The notes under the pieces: model-generated
Databases searched by the model: none
Seen by the model: the letters and a program-made list of their open reading frames with translations, nothing else
Told to the model about the DNA's origin: nothing
Source of the DNA: Candidatus Nomurabacteria bacterium
GTDB taxonomy: Bacteria; Patescibacteriota; Minisyncoccia; Phycocordibacterales; UBA9973
DNA length: 64,000 nt
Assembly: GCA_031425235.1 (NCBI GenBank)
Contig: JANPIZ010000008.1
Span: 91,377 to 155,376, forward strand
Reading direction: 5' to 3'
Made by a program: the position numbers and the translations under genes
Shown: positions 16,930-27,031 of the stretch, piece by piece
Layout: every line of letters starts with the position of its first letter
Position numbering within the stretch: position 1 is the stretch's first letter

Positions 16930-17809
16930 AAAATTAGTTACCCATAGCGGATCCTTTCACTCTGATGACATATTTGCCACAGCTGTTTTGTCGTTCGTGC
17001 TTGAAAAAGAAGGAGAGAAATTTGAAGTAGTGCGAACAAGAGACGAAGAAATAATAAAATCCGCTGACTATGTATATGATGTAGGTGGTATATACGATGA
17101 AGCGGCAAATAGATTTGATCATCACCAAGTCGGTGGAGCCGGCAAGAACGAATACGGTATTGAATATTCATCATTTGGTTTAGTATGGAAAAAATTTGGT
17201 GAAGAAATCTGTGGCAGTAAAAAAGTTGCAGATATTATAAACAAAAAACTAGTTGCTCCAGTGGACGCCCACGACAACGGCATGGATCTGGTGGAGAATA
17301 AGTACGACGTGTCTCCGTATAATATTCAATATTTTTTCTACTCAATGGTTCCAACGTGGCGAGAGGAAAATGTTTCAAACGACGAAAGCTTTTTTGAATG
17401 CGTAGAAATAGCAAAGAAAATTTTACTTCGAGAAGTAGTTCAAGCCCGAGATATTATAATTTCTGAGGAAGCTATTGAAGAAATTTATAAAAATAGTAAA
17501 GACAAACAAGTTTTAATTTTTGATAAAAATTACCCTTCGGCAGAAGTGTTGCAAAGCTTCAGAGAACCTTTGTATGCAGTGTATCCTAGAGTAGATAATA
17601 CATGGGGGGTAAAAGCGATTCGCAATGATATAAAAAGTTTTAAAAATAGAAAAGACTTTCCTGCGTCGTGGGCGGGACTAAAGGACATAGAATTACAAAC
17701 AATTACTGGAGTGGAGGACGCAGTGTTTTGTCATCGAGCACTTTTCCTTGCTGTGGTGAAATCAAAAGAAGGAGCTGTTAAATTAGCGCAAATTGCGGTA
17801 GAATCATAG
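16907..17809 (+). CDS. MYG1/UPF0160 family metal-dependent hydrolase
   Basis: THSGSFHSDD ... DHHQ motifs. Confidence 0.75.
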   Translation: MTTNDQTKKLVTHSGSFHSDDIFATAVLSFVLEKEGEKFEVVRTRDEEIIKSADYVYDVGGIYDEAANRFDHHQVGGAGKNEYGIEYSSFGLVWKKFGEEICGSKKVADIINKKLVAPVDAHDNGMDLVENKYDVSPYNIQYFFYSMVPTWREENVSNDESFFECVEIAKKILLREVVQARDIIISEEAIEEIYKNSKDKQVLIFDKNYPSAEVLQSFREPLYAVYPRVDNTWGVKAIRNDIKSFKNRKDFPASWAGLKDIELQTITGVEDAVFCHRALFLAVVKSKEGAVKLAQIAVES

Positions 17810-17810
17810 G

Positions 17811-18806
17811 ATGGCATTTATAGATGAAATGAATATTGTGGCAGAAGCGGGCCGCGGTGGCGATGGTGTAGTGCGCTGGCGTCAAGAGAAGTTTATACCA
17901 AAAGGTGGGCCCGCGGGTGGTGATGCTGGTCGTGGTGGGGACTTTTATGCCCTCGCCGTACGCGATATACACATACTTTCAAAATACAAAGCAAAGAAAG
18001 AGTTTAAAGCGGGTCGTGGTAAGGACGGCGGGAACAAAAGTTTACATGGTGCAAATGGAGAAGACTTTTATTTAGAGTTGCCGATCGGCTCTATCATTAC
18101 CAATACGGGCACAGACGAAACATGGCAGCTTACCAAAGAAGGTGAAAAAATAATGTTGCTCAAAGGGGGCTATGGGGGCTTCGGTAACGAACATTTTAAA
18201 AGTTCTATAAATACAACTCCACAGGAGTCAAGACCTGGCGAAGAAGGAGAAAAAGGCAACTTCAAAATTGAGCTTGAACTTTTTGCTGATATTGGATTTA
18301 TTGGGTTACCAAATGCTGGTAAGTCATCCCTCTTGAATGCTCTCACAAATGCGCAAGCTCGGGTCGGTGACTATGCTTTTACGACGCTTGATCCAAACCT
18401 TGGTGATTTTTATAAGTTTATCATTGCAGATATTCCAGGAGTGATCGAGGGTGCTGCTGAAGGTAAGGGCCTCGGTGTAAAATTCTTAAAACATATCAAA
18501 CGTACAAAAATGCTTGCTCACCTTGTGTCATTTGAGAATGAAAACATGATGAAGAGTTATAAAGAAATTCGCAAGGAACTCGCTAAATATGACAAAAAAT
18601 TAAAGCTAAAAGAAGGTGGGCTTTCCGAAAAGGAAGAAATAATAATTCTTACGAAAAGTGACGTGATGGATGACGCTAAATTTATTGCAAAAAAAGTAAA
18701 AGAATTTCAAAAAATAACTAAAAAAGTTTTCGTGTTGTCGCTGTTTGACGATGCTGTTGTTAAAGATTTTGGCGATGAACTGGTTAAAATTCTTAAAAAA
18801 TTATAA
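17811..18806 (+). CDS. obg: GTPase Obg
   Basis: Gly-rich Obg fold N-terminus and the G-domain motif GLPNAGKSSLLNALT. Confidence 0.9.
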   Translation: MAFIDEMNIVAEAGRGGDGVVRWRQEKFIPKGGPAGGDAGRGGDFYALAVRDIHILSKYKAKKEFKAGRGKDGGNKSLHGANGEDFYLELPIGSIITNTGTDETWQLTKEGEKIMLLKGGYGGFGNEHFKSSINTTPQESRPGEEGEKGNFKIELELFADIGFIGLPNAGKSSLLNALTNAQARVGDYAFTTLDPNLGDFYKFIIADIPGVIEGAAEGKGLGVKFLKHIKRTKMLAHLVSFENENMMKSYKEIRKELAKYDKKLKLKEGGLSEKEEIIILTKSDVMDDAKFIAKKVKEFQKITKKVFVLSLFDDAVVKDFGDELVKILKKL

Positions 18807-18875
18807 AACCTAAGTTTAAAATGCATGATTTTTATCTTTTGAAAAGAAGGAATTTTGTGTTAATATAAAAAACTT

Positions 18876-20300
18876 ATGAACAAAACATTACTTATAGTTA
18901 AAAAATACAAAATATACTTTATAATCGGGCTCGTAGTTATCCTCGGCGCAGGTTATTTTATCTTTGGACGCGGTAATGGAAATACTGAAGCTTTTACCGT
19001 AGTTAAAACAGATGTAGAGCAGTCAGTTGAACTCTCAGGTAAAGTCCAGACGAGCGATCGGGCGGATCTTGGTTTTGCTTCTTCTGGGCGTGTCGCTCGT
19101 ATTTTAGTAAAAAATAACCAAGTAGTACAACGTGGAGCGGTGCTCGCACAATTAGAAATCGGGGACTTGTTGGCAGATTTACGGATTAGACAAGCAGATT
19201 TACGAACTGAAGGAGTTGACCTGGAAGCCGCTAAAGAAGAACTCAATAGAATAATCAAACAAGAGGATGCAAAGGTTGAAAGTGCGTATAGTAAACTTTT
19301 ATCAAGTGACCTGGTTTTGGTGCCTGACTCTAATAGTTATCCCGCCAACGCTCCAAGTATCAGTGGTCTATACGACGGAAAGGAAGGACAATATAAAGTT
19401 TCAATCGATAAAAAAAACATAACATTGCCTGACTTCACTTTAAAAACATTTGGACTCGAAACTACAAGTAGAATTATAAATGAGGAATCTCCGACAGCTC
19501 TTGGTTCCAAGGGTTTATACATTTCTTTTTCTAGTAATGACATAGATCCATACCTAGACACTATTTGGTATTTACATATACCCAATAAATCTGGTCCGTC
19601 GTATGTAGCTAATTATAATGCCTATAATGAGGCAAAGAAAAACCGCGACCTTGCGGTACAAAACGCAGAATTTAAATACAAAAAACTTGTAACCGAGGGA
19701 GACAACGGTAATAATACGGTAGCTCAAGCTGAAATCCAAAAGATCAATGCAGAGATTCGAAAAAATACAATCTACGCTCCATTTACTGGGAAAGTTACAA
19801 ATATTGAAAGAGAGGTTGGCGAAAATGCCTCTATTGGCGAGCGAGTTATTTCTATCCTTGGTGAAAATAAACTTGAGGTTGTGTTACAAGTTTCCGAACT
19901 TGATGTGTCACGTCTTACACCAGGCGCCAATGTGAAACTTACACTCGACGCATTACCAGCTGAAGAATTTATAGGAACAATAGAAACCATTAACTCACGA
20001 GACACAGAAATAGAAGGCGTACCGGTGTACGAAGCGTTCGTGGCTGTGAATGCAGATGCTCGCATTAAAACAGGTATGACAGCGACTGGTACAGTGATTT
20101 TGATGACAAAAACTGGAGTTCTTGCCATTCCAAACTATTTTGTTAAAAAAGTTGACCAAAAAAATATTGTTGAAGTTCTCTCAGGGAAATCTACAGCAGA
20201 CCGAGAAGTTACATTAGGGCTTGTAGGTAGCGATAGTATGGTAGAAATTATATCCGGCCTTACAGAAGGAGATAAAATAGTTGCAGCTCCTAAACAATAA
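18876..20300 (+). CDS. HlyD/MacA-family periplasmic adaptor (membrane fusion protein)
   Basis: N-terminal TM, long coiled-coil region and beta-barrel C-terminal domain. First gene of a three-gene efflux-type operon. Confidence 0.65.
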   Translation: MNKTLLIVKKYKIYFIIGLVVILGAGYFIFGRGNGNTEAFTVVKTDVEQSVELSGKVQTSDRADLGFASSGRVARILVKNNQVVQRGAVLAQLEIGDLLADLRIRQADLRTEGVDLEAAKEELNRIIKQEDAKVESAYSKLLSSDLVLVPDSNSYPANAPSISGLYDGKEGQYKVSIDKKNITLPDFTLKTFGLETTSRIINEESPTALGSKGLYISFSSNDIDPYLDTIWYLHIPNKSGPSYVANYNAYNEAKKNRDLAVQNAEFKYKKLVTEGDNGNNTVAQAEIQKINAEIRKNTIYAPFTGKVTNIEREVGENASIGERVISILGENKLEVVLQVSELDVSRLTPGANVKLTLDALPAEEFIGTIETINSRDTEIEGVPVYEAFVAVNADARIKTGMTATGTVILMTKTGVLAIPNYFVKKVDQKNIVEVLSGKSTADREVTLGLVGSDSMVEIISGLTEGDKIVAAPKQ

Positions 20301-20305
20301 ACTCG

Positions 20306-21592
20306 ATGAATCTAGTAAAAAATCAGAAAGTTAAAAAATGGTCAAAAGTTTTTTCTGTTGGATGGTTTTTAGCTGTTCGTCAAATTAAAGGATCAAATAA
20401 ATCCACTACATTTCTGATCATATTTATTATGATGCTTACTTTTTTGAATCTTGTAGTTGTGTCAGGAATTTTGATCGGACTTATTGAAGGAGGTAACAGA
20501 GCAAACAAAGAGCAATACACTGGAGATGTTATCATCACTACGCTTACCGGTAAAGAAGAAATAGGGCATACGAATGAAATCAAAAGTACGTTAGCGCAAA
20601 TGTCTGGAGTGTCTGATTTTAGTGTGCGTTATCTAGCGCCAGTGCAAATCGAGGCAAATTATAAAACGAGACGCGATTTTAGTGAACTTCGAGACACGGC
20701 GGGTACCCAGGTTTCTGGTATTTCTTTGAAAGATGAAGAGGCCTTGTCAAGAATCTCAACATTTGTCGTCGAAGGTGAATTTTTAGATGAAAAAGAAAGT
20801 GGATATATTGTACTCGGAGCCAATTTGCTTTACCGCTACTCAGCAGGCTTTGGTGATTTCTTCGCTTCACTCGATGGTGTGTATCCTGGTGACGAAGTTA
20901 AGGTCACTGTTGGAGAAAATACAAAAACTTTTATTGTAAAAGGAATTTTAGATACTAAGGTTGACGCAATGTCATTACGAGCGTTTCTCACTCAAGCTGA
21001 TTTTTTAAGGTTGGTAGATAAACCAACTTTAAACGCCAACGAAGTCGCAATACGCATTGACCCTGTATCAACAGCAACACCAGAATCAATAAAAAATAAT
21101 TTAGTACAAATGAAATTTAATGAAGACGGAAAAATTCAGACGGCCATAGAAGCTATACCGGACTTCCTAAATCAAATCCGGATTGCGTTTAGTCTTCTGG
21201 GGAATGTTATCGGACTTATCGGTATCGTTGTCGCTTCGATCACTATATTTATCGTTATTTTTATTAACGCGGTCACCCGGAGAAAGTATATAGGTATCAT
21301 GAAAGGTATAGGAATATCGGATAAAGCTATTGAGGTTTCGTATATTTTTCAATCTATTTTTTACGCATTGATTGGAGGAACGCTTGGAATTGCTATCGTC
21401 TATCTAGTCCTCGTACCTTTTTTCAATGCATATCCACTCAATTTTCCATTTTCTGACGGTATACTTGTGGCACCGGTGAACGAAACAATGTTTAAATTTT
21501 TCTTGTTGATGTTGGTCACCCTAATCGCTGGATATATACCTGCTCGAAACATTGTAAAGAAAAATACACTCGACAGTATTTTAGGAAGGTAG
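20306..21592 (+). CDS. ABC transporter permease (FtsX/MacB-like)
   Basis: TM1, large periplasmic loop, then a 3-TM C-terminal bundle. Confidence 0.7.
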   Translation: MNLVKNQKVKKWSKVFSVGWFLAVRQIKGSNKSTTFLIIFIMMLTFLNLVVVSGILIGLIEGGNRANKEQYTGDVIITTLTGKEEIGHTNEIKSTLAQMSGVSDFSVRYLAPVQIEANYKTRRDFSELRDTAGTQVSGISLKDEEALSRISTFVVEGEFLDEKESGYIVLGANLLYRYSAGFGDFFASLDGVYPGDEVKVTVGENTKTFIVKGILDTKVDAMSLRAFLTQADFLRLVDKPTLNANEVAIRIDPVSTATPESIKNNLVQMKFNEDGKIQTAIEAIPDFLNQIRIAFSLLGNVIGLIGIVVASITIFIVIFINAVTRRKYIGIMKGIGISDKAIEVSYIFQSIFYALIGGTLGIAIVYLVLVPFFNAYPLNFPFSDGILVAPVNETMFKFFLLMLVTLIAGYIPARNIVKKNTLDSILGR

Positions 21593-21601
21593 AAAATAAT
21601 A

Positions 21602-21673
21602 CTTGTCCCGTACTAAATTTTTGATTACGGGGCATAAAAATAAACATTATTAATTTAAAATTTTAGTACCGGG
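21602..21673 (+). repeat. Copy 3 of the ~70-bp TIR-bearing cassette, inside the operon and abutting the ABC ATPase start codon
   Basis: cttgtcccgtactaaatttttgattacgggg...ttaaaattttagtaccggg followed directly by the ATG at 21674. Confidence 0.75.
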
Positions 21674-22354
21674 ATGATTAAAGTAAAAAATTTAGTAAAA
21701 ACATATAAGGATGGCGATATTGAGACTTCTGTGTTACGAGGGATTGATTTGGAAGTGAGAGAAGGCGAATTCCTCGGAATTATGGGAAAGTCAGGAGCAG
21801 GAAAGTCGACTTTCATGTATCAGATTGGACTACTAGACCATCCAACTGGGGGAGAAATTGTTTTAAATAATATCAATACTGAAAGTATGACTACGGAGGA
21901 GAGAACTCATCTGCGTCTTACAGAGCTAGGTTATGTGTTTCAAGATTATGCGCTTATTCCTGAACTTACTGCAGCTGAAAACGTAATGATCCCGCTTCTG
22001 ATGAAGGGACATACGAAAACTGAGGCCCGTGATGTGTCGGTAAAAATGCTTGAACGTATCGGCTTGTCGCATAGAATGGATAATAAGCCGAGCCAGCTTT
22101 CTGGAGGAGAACAACAACGAGTATCGATCGCGAGAGCGACAGCGCACAATCCTAAGATTTTATTTGCCGACGAACCAACGGCAAACCTTGATACCACGTC
22201 AGGACTTTCGATAATTGAACTTTTTAAAGATTTACATAAAGCTGGGCAAACTATTGTGATGGTTACCCATGAGGAAGAGTACGCAAAGTATTGCGACAGA
22301 GTTGTATACCTCGAAGATGGAAAAATAGTCCGAGAATTTAAACCTGGTAAATAA
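21674..22354 (+). CDS. ABC transporter ATP-binding protein (MacB/LolD-like)
   Basis: Walker A GKSGAGKST, signature LSGGEQQRV and Walker B ILFADEPT. Confidence 0.9.
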   Translation: MIKVKNLVKTYKDGDIETSVLRGIDLEVREGEFLGIMGKSGAGKSTFMYQIGLLDHPTGGEIVLNNINTESMTTEERTHLRLTELGYVFQDYALIPELTAAENVMIPLLMKGHTKTEARDVSVKMLERIGLSHRMDNKPSQLSGGEQQRVSIARATAHNPKILFADEPTANLDTTSGLSIIELFKDLHKAGQTIVMVTHEEEYAKYCDRVVYLEDGKIVREFKPGK

Positions 22355-22423
22355 CCTATAAGTATGGTATTACTAGGTTAGAAAAACTACAGCAACTATG
22401 CTCAAAATAGTAAGGAAGAAAAT

Positions 22424-22642
22424 ATGGAAAACTATGTAATTGCGCGCGAGCTTCCCTTTCCTTATAAAGAAAATAAGGAAGAAATCACTTGCGATGTGCT
22501 GTTCCCTGATGGGACAATTATCGAGAATGGTATAGTGACCACGTATCCAGATGGTATGAAGTCACTAAGGATAATAATTCATGGCTGGGAATTAGGAACA
22601 TTTCAGTCTGGTCTAAAAGGGTTAAAATTTAAGGTCAAATAA
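22424..22642 (+). CDS. small hypothetical protein (72 aa)
   Basis: Intact ORF followed by a clean terminator hairpin at 22642-22690. No homology recognised. Confidence 0.35.
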   Translation: MENYVIARELPFPYKENKEEITCDVLFPDGTIIENGIVTTYPDGMKSLRIIIHGWELGTFQSGLKGLKFKVK

Positions 22643-22729
22643 GCCGTTTACTCATTCGAAAAGCCGATGAGGAAACGGCTTTTCACTTTTTAGACATTTT
22701 AAGCCTTTATTGATATACTCTAAATACGT

Positions 22730-22828
22730 ATGTCAGATAAAAAGTATTACTATACTATCGGTTTGGAAATTCATCCCAGCAGCAGAGCAAAGCTCGCTAC
22801 GGGACAGGCGCTGAACTCTTATGAATAA
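22730..22828 (+). pseudogene. Duplicated 5' fragment of gatB (32-codon ORF MSDKKYYYTIGLEIH...)
   Basis: The first 15 codons parallel the authentic GatB N-terminus MNKYYYTIGLEIH, then diverge. Its stop overlaps the real gatB ATG in a different frame. Confidence 0.55.
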
Positions 22829-24254
22829 ATATTACTACACAATTGGACTAGAAATACACGCAGAGCTAAAAACTTTGACGAAGATGTTTTGTGGGTGTAA
22901 GAATGACCCAGATGAAACTAAACCAAATGTAAATATTTGCCCGGTGTGTATGGCTCATCCAGGTGCTCTTCCGGTAATAAATAAAAAGGCTATAGAACAA
23001 GTAATAAAAGTTGGCCTTGCTGTCGATGCAAAGATTGCTGACTTTTCAGAATTTGATCGTAAAAACTATTTCTATCCAGATATTCCAAAGGGCTACCAGA
23101 TTTCACAATATAAATATCCAATAGTTTCTGGCGGCCATTTGGCTGATATGGACATCACCCGTATTCACCTCGAGGAAGATACTGCGAACAATAAACACCG
23201 CGGAGAAATATCACTTATCGATTTCAATCGTGCCGGAGTGCCGCTTATGGAGCTCGTAACTGAGCCGCATACATTTGAGTCAGCGGAAGAAGCTGCTAAA
23301 ACAGCGAGTAATTTTGCCAAAGAATATCAACTCATTTTATGGTACCTCGGAGCTTCGGAAGCAAATATGGAAAAAGGCGAGATGCGTGTAGAAGCTAATG
23401 TATCTGTGTCTCCAGATAAAGACAAAAAATGGACAAATTATGTAGAGGTGAAAAACCTAAATTCTTTTAAAAGTGTCGAGCGAGCTATCAAATTTGAGGT
23501 AGAACGCATGACAGCTTTGTGGAATGAAGGTAAAGAGAATGAAATAATAAAAGAGACGAGAGGTTTCGACGAAAGTAAACAAAAAACATTTTCACAGCGC
23601 TCAAAAGAAAACGCTGAGGATTATAGGTATTTCCCTGATCCAGATTTACCGAAACTCAAGCTTTACGAAGCTTTTGATATAGAAAAAATGAAAGCTGAAT
23701 TACCAGAATTACCAGTAGCTAAACGCGCTCGTTATAAAAATGATTTCGGAATTAAAGATGAGGATATAGAAATATATATAAATGACCTTGAAATAGGCTA
23801 TTGGTTTGAGAGTATTGCAAAATTATTAGGTGAAAAGGATAAAGTAAAAATTGCATCGAATTACATAACTTCAGATTTCTTAGGTCTCAAAAAGACCAAC
23901 TTGGCGACCAGGTCGCCAAGTGCGGAAAATTTCACTGAGTTGATAAATTTAGTTTCAGAAAATAAATTATCTTCACGAAGCGCAAAAGATATTCTTGCTA
24001 TGATAGTCATAAACGATGAATCACCATTACAAATAGCTACAGAAAAGAATTTACTTCAGAGTAATGATGAAGGTGCACTAAAAGAAATTGTCCAAAAAAT
24101 AATTGATGAAAATCCTGAGCCAGTGGCTTCGTATAAATCAGGTAAGGAAAATGCTATTATGTCACTCGTCGGGAAAATAATAAAAGCTTCCAATGGTGCT
24201 GCAAACCCTCAAGTGGTTATCAAACTTCTCAAAGAAATGCTCGCCTCGTCGTAG
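22821..24254 (+). CDS. gatB: Asp/Glu-tRNA amidotransferase subunit B
   Basis: Full-length GatB with the C-terminal YqeY-like domain. Contains the 23-bp palindromic insert at 23899-23921. Confidence 0.9.
   Translation: MNKYYYTIGLEIHAELKTLTKMFCGCKNDPDETKPNVNICPVCMAHPGALPVINKKAIEQVIKVGLAVDAKIADFSEFDRKNYFYPDIPKGYQISQYKYPIVSGGHLADMDITRIHLEEDTANNKHRGEISLIDFNRAGVPLMELVTEPHTFESAEEAAKTASNFAKEYQLILWYLGASEANMEKGEMRVEANVSVSPDKDKKWTNYVEVKNLNSFKSVERAIKFEVERMTALWNEGKENEIIKETRGFDESKQKTFSQRSKENAEDYRYFPDPDLPKLKLYEAFDIEKMKAELPELPVAKRARYKNDFGIKDEDIEIYINDLEIGYWFESIAKLLGEKDKVKIASNYITSDFLGLKKTNLATRSPSAENFTELINLVSENKLSSRSAKDILAMIVINDESPLQIATEKNLLQSNDEGALKEIVQKIIDENPEPVASYKSGKENAIMSLVGKIIKASNGAANPQVVIKLLKEMLASS
23899..23921. 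repeat. 23-bp perfect palindrome inserted in frame in gatB
   Basis: acttggcgaccaggtcgccaagt encodes NLATRSPSA. The identical sequence occurs in topA at 59851-59873. Confidence 0.85.
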
Positions 24255-24287
24255 CTTTTTTACTAAAGACGGGCTAAAATAGATTAT

Positions 24288-25151
24288 ATGACAACGGTGA
24301 AAACACTTCGCGAATGTTTGCAAGAAGCAGAAGCAAAAGGTGTGGCGATAGGGCATTTTAATATTTCCAACCTAGAAGCTTTGCATGCTATATATATTGC
24401 GGCCAGAAAACTGAATGTTCCAGTGATCATCGGTCTTTCGGAGGGCGAAGAAAAGTTTGTGGGTACCGAAGAAGCATACGCTCTTATCCACACACTTCGA
24501 GAAAAAGATAATTACCCAATTTTTCTAAATGCCGATCATCATGCTTCTTTTGAGTCCGTAAAAAAGTGCATTGACGCTGGTTTTGATTCGGTTATTATCG
24601 ATGGAGCTAAATTGAGTTTTGAAGAAAACGTAAAAGTTACCAAAGAATGCGTGGAGTATGCTCGTAGTTCCGGTCGCGAGGTGTTAGTCGAAGCAGAGCT
24701 CGGGTATATTGGTTCTGGTTCTGATATTAAAGATGCGATACCTGAGGGCGCGGGTGTGCTTACCACAGTAGAAGATGCAAAAAAGTTTATAGAAATGACA
24801 GGTGTAGACTTATTTGCTCCATCAGTGGGAAGCATTCACGGACTCATAAAAAGTGGCAAGCCACACATTGATGAAAAACGAGTACAAGAAATAAAGGAAG
24901 CGGTACACATACCACTCGTATTGCACGGAGGTTCCGGGCTTCGCGATGAAGATTTTACAAATGCCATAAAAGCTGGAGTTTCTGTAGTACATATAAACTC
25001 TGAAATCAGGCTTGCGTACAAAGAAGCTGTGGAAAAGTTTATAGAAGAACATCAAAATGAAATCACGCCCGCAAAGATTTTACAGCCAGCTGTGGATGCA
25101 ATAGAAAAAATAGTAGAAGCTCGACTAAAACTTTTTAATAATATAAATTAA
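24288..25151 (+). CDS. fba: class II fructose-bisphosphate aldolase
   Basis: GHFNISNLEAL ... class II aldolase pattern; 287 aa. Confidence 0.85.
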   Translation: MTTVKTLRECLQEAEAKGVAIGHFNISNLEALHAIYIAARKLNVPVIIGLSEGEEKFVGTEEAYALIHTLREKDNYPIFLNADHHASFESVKKCIDAGFDSVIIDGAKLSFEENVKVTKECVEYARSSGREVLVEAELGYIGSGSDIKDAIPEGAGVLTTVEDAKKFIEMTGVDLFAPSVGSIHGLIKSGKPHIDEKRVQEIKEAVHIPLVLHGGSGLRDEDFTNAIKAGVSVVHINSEIRLAYKEAVEKFIEEHQNEITPAKILQPAVDAIEKIVEARLKLFNNIN

Positions 25152-25165
25152 TTTTACCTAAACGA

Positions 25166-26962
25166 TTGAAAGAAGATATAAAAGAACAATTACAAAAATT
25201 TTTTAAAGGAGAAGTTGCGGATGATGATGCAACTCTTTTTACATATTCGCACGATGCGAGCTTGCTCGAAGTAACTCCAAAGGTTGTCGTGTATCCCTTT
25301 GATTCTGACGATGTGAAGGCGCTCATAAAGTGGGTAAATGAAAATAAGGATAAATACCTTGACCCCGCCATCGGCGGGGCGAGCCTCTCCATTACTCCTC
25401 GGTGCGCCGGGACGGATATGTCAGGTGGCGCTATAGGTGAATCCATAATTATGGATTTTACACGCCACATGAATAAACTTGTGGGTGGACCCTTACCACT
25501 TGAAAGCTCTAACACTAACCAGGCTCAAAAATTTAATAATTATCCGCTCGTCCCATCATATATCACTGTGCAGCCCGGTATGTTTTATCGAGATTTTGAA
25601 AAAATAACTTTACAGAAAGGACTTATCTTGCCTTGCTACACTGCTTCAAAAAGTCTCAATGCTATGGGTGGCATGTATGCCAATAATTCTGCTGGGGAGC
25701 GAACATTAAAATATGGAAAGACGGAAGACTACGTACTTTCGGCAAAAATTGTTTTCCATGATGGGAATGAGTACACTATAAAACCACTTACACAAGACGA
25801 ACTCAATAAAAAAATGGGTATGGGTGGAACTGAAGGTGATATATATAGACGAATCAATAAGTTGATTACAGATAACGAGGAAGATATCAAATACGCCAAA
25901 CCTCGTGTCCATAAAAATTCTGCTGGATATTATATTTGGAATGTTGTAGAAAACTCTTCGGAAAAGAATTTTAAGTTTGATCTCAATAAACTTCTCGTTG
26001 GTTCTCAAGGCACGCTCGGTATTGTGACCGAAATTACCTTCAAGGTTATCCCAAACCCAAAGTATTCAAAACTCGTAGCTATTTTTATGAACGACCTTAC
26101 GCCACTCGGGCGACTTGTCGACGAAATTTTAGAAGTAAATCCGGAAACGCTCGAAGCCTATGACGACAAAACTATGAATCTTGCAGTTAAATTTTTCCCA
26201 GATTTTTTAAAACATAAAGGTATTCTGGGAATGATAAAAATCGCGTGGAGTTTTTTGCCCGAGTTTTTTATGTTACTCACAAATGGATTTCCAAAATTGA
26301 TTATACTCGCTGAATTTGCGGGCGAAAATGAGCTCGACGTACATAATCAATGCGTAAAGCTTGCTAAAAAAATAAAACCTTTTAAATTAAAAATTCATAT
26401 TACAAAAGATGAACAAGAAGCAAATAAGTATTGGAATATTCGCAGAGAAAGTTTTGCGTTGCTTCGCAAGCACGTCAGAGGTCTACGCACTGCACCATTC
26501 ATAGATGATATAATAGTTCGCCCCGAATTTTTACCTAAGTTTATTCCGGAGTTAAATGCAATTCTCGGTAAGTATAAACTTATGTATACTGTGGCTGGCC
26601 ACGCTGGCGATGGAAACTTTCACATTATTCCACTTATGGATTTTAGACGACCGGACACTGCAAAAATAATTATAGACTTGTCAGACAAAGTATATGATTT
26701 AGTTATAAAATACCATGGCTCCATTACAGCCGAGCATAATGATGGACTTATTCGCACACCTTATTTACAAAAAATGTATGGTGAAAAAATAATAAAAATT
26801 TTCACAGATATCAAGAAAGTTTTCGACCCAAAAAATATTTTTAACCCTGGTAAAAAGATAGCTTTGAACAATAACGAAAATAGCGCTCAAGGTGGAGCAG
26901 GCACAAAAGAATATATCGTCACTCATATAGCAAGAGAACACAAGGCGGTCCATAAAGTTTAA
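25166..26962 (+). CDS. FAD-binding oxidoreductase (GlcD/D-lactate dehydrogenase-like)
   Basis: PCMH-type FAD-binding N-terminal domain and FAD-linked oxidase C-terminal domain. TTG start. Confidence 0.6.
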   Translation: MKEDIKEQLQKFFKGEVADDDATLFTYSHDASLLEVTPKVVVYPFDSDDVKALIKWVNENKDKYLDPAIGGASLSITPRCAGTDMSGGAIGESIIMDFTRHMNKLVGGPLPLESSNTNQAQKFNNYPLVPSYITVQPGMFYRDFEKITLQKGLILPCYTASKSLNAMGGMYANNSAGERTLKYGKTEDYVLSAKIVFHDGNEYTIKPLTQDELNKKMGMGGTEGDIYRRINKLITDNEEDIKYAKPRVHKNSAGYYIWNVVENSSEKNFKFDLNKLLVGSQGTLGIVTEITFKVIPNPKYSKLVAIFMNDLTPLGRLVDEILEVNPETLEAYDDKTMNLAVKFFPDFLKHKGILGMIKIAWSFLPEFFMLLTNGFPKLIILAEFAGENELDVHNQCVKLAKKIKPFKLKIHITKDEQEANKYWNIRRESFALLRKHVRGLRTAPFIDDIIVRPEFLPKFIPELNAILGKYKLMYTVAGHAGDGNFHIIPLMDFRRPDTAKIIIDLSDKVYDLVIKYHGSITAEHNDGLIRTPYLQKMYGEKIIKIFTDIKKVFDPKNIFNPGKKIALNNNENSAQGGAGTKEYIVTHIAREHKAVHKV

Positions 26963-27031
26963 CATTCTATACGTAAAAGTTACGCACCTGGGTCTATTGA
27001 CATTCAAAAAAATAGTTACATACTTATTAAT

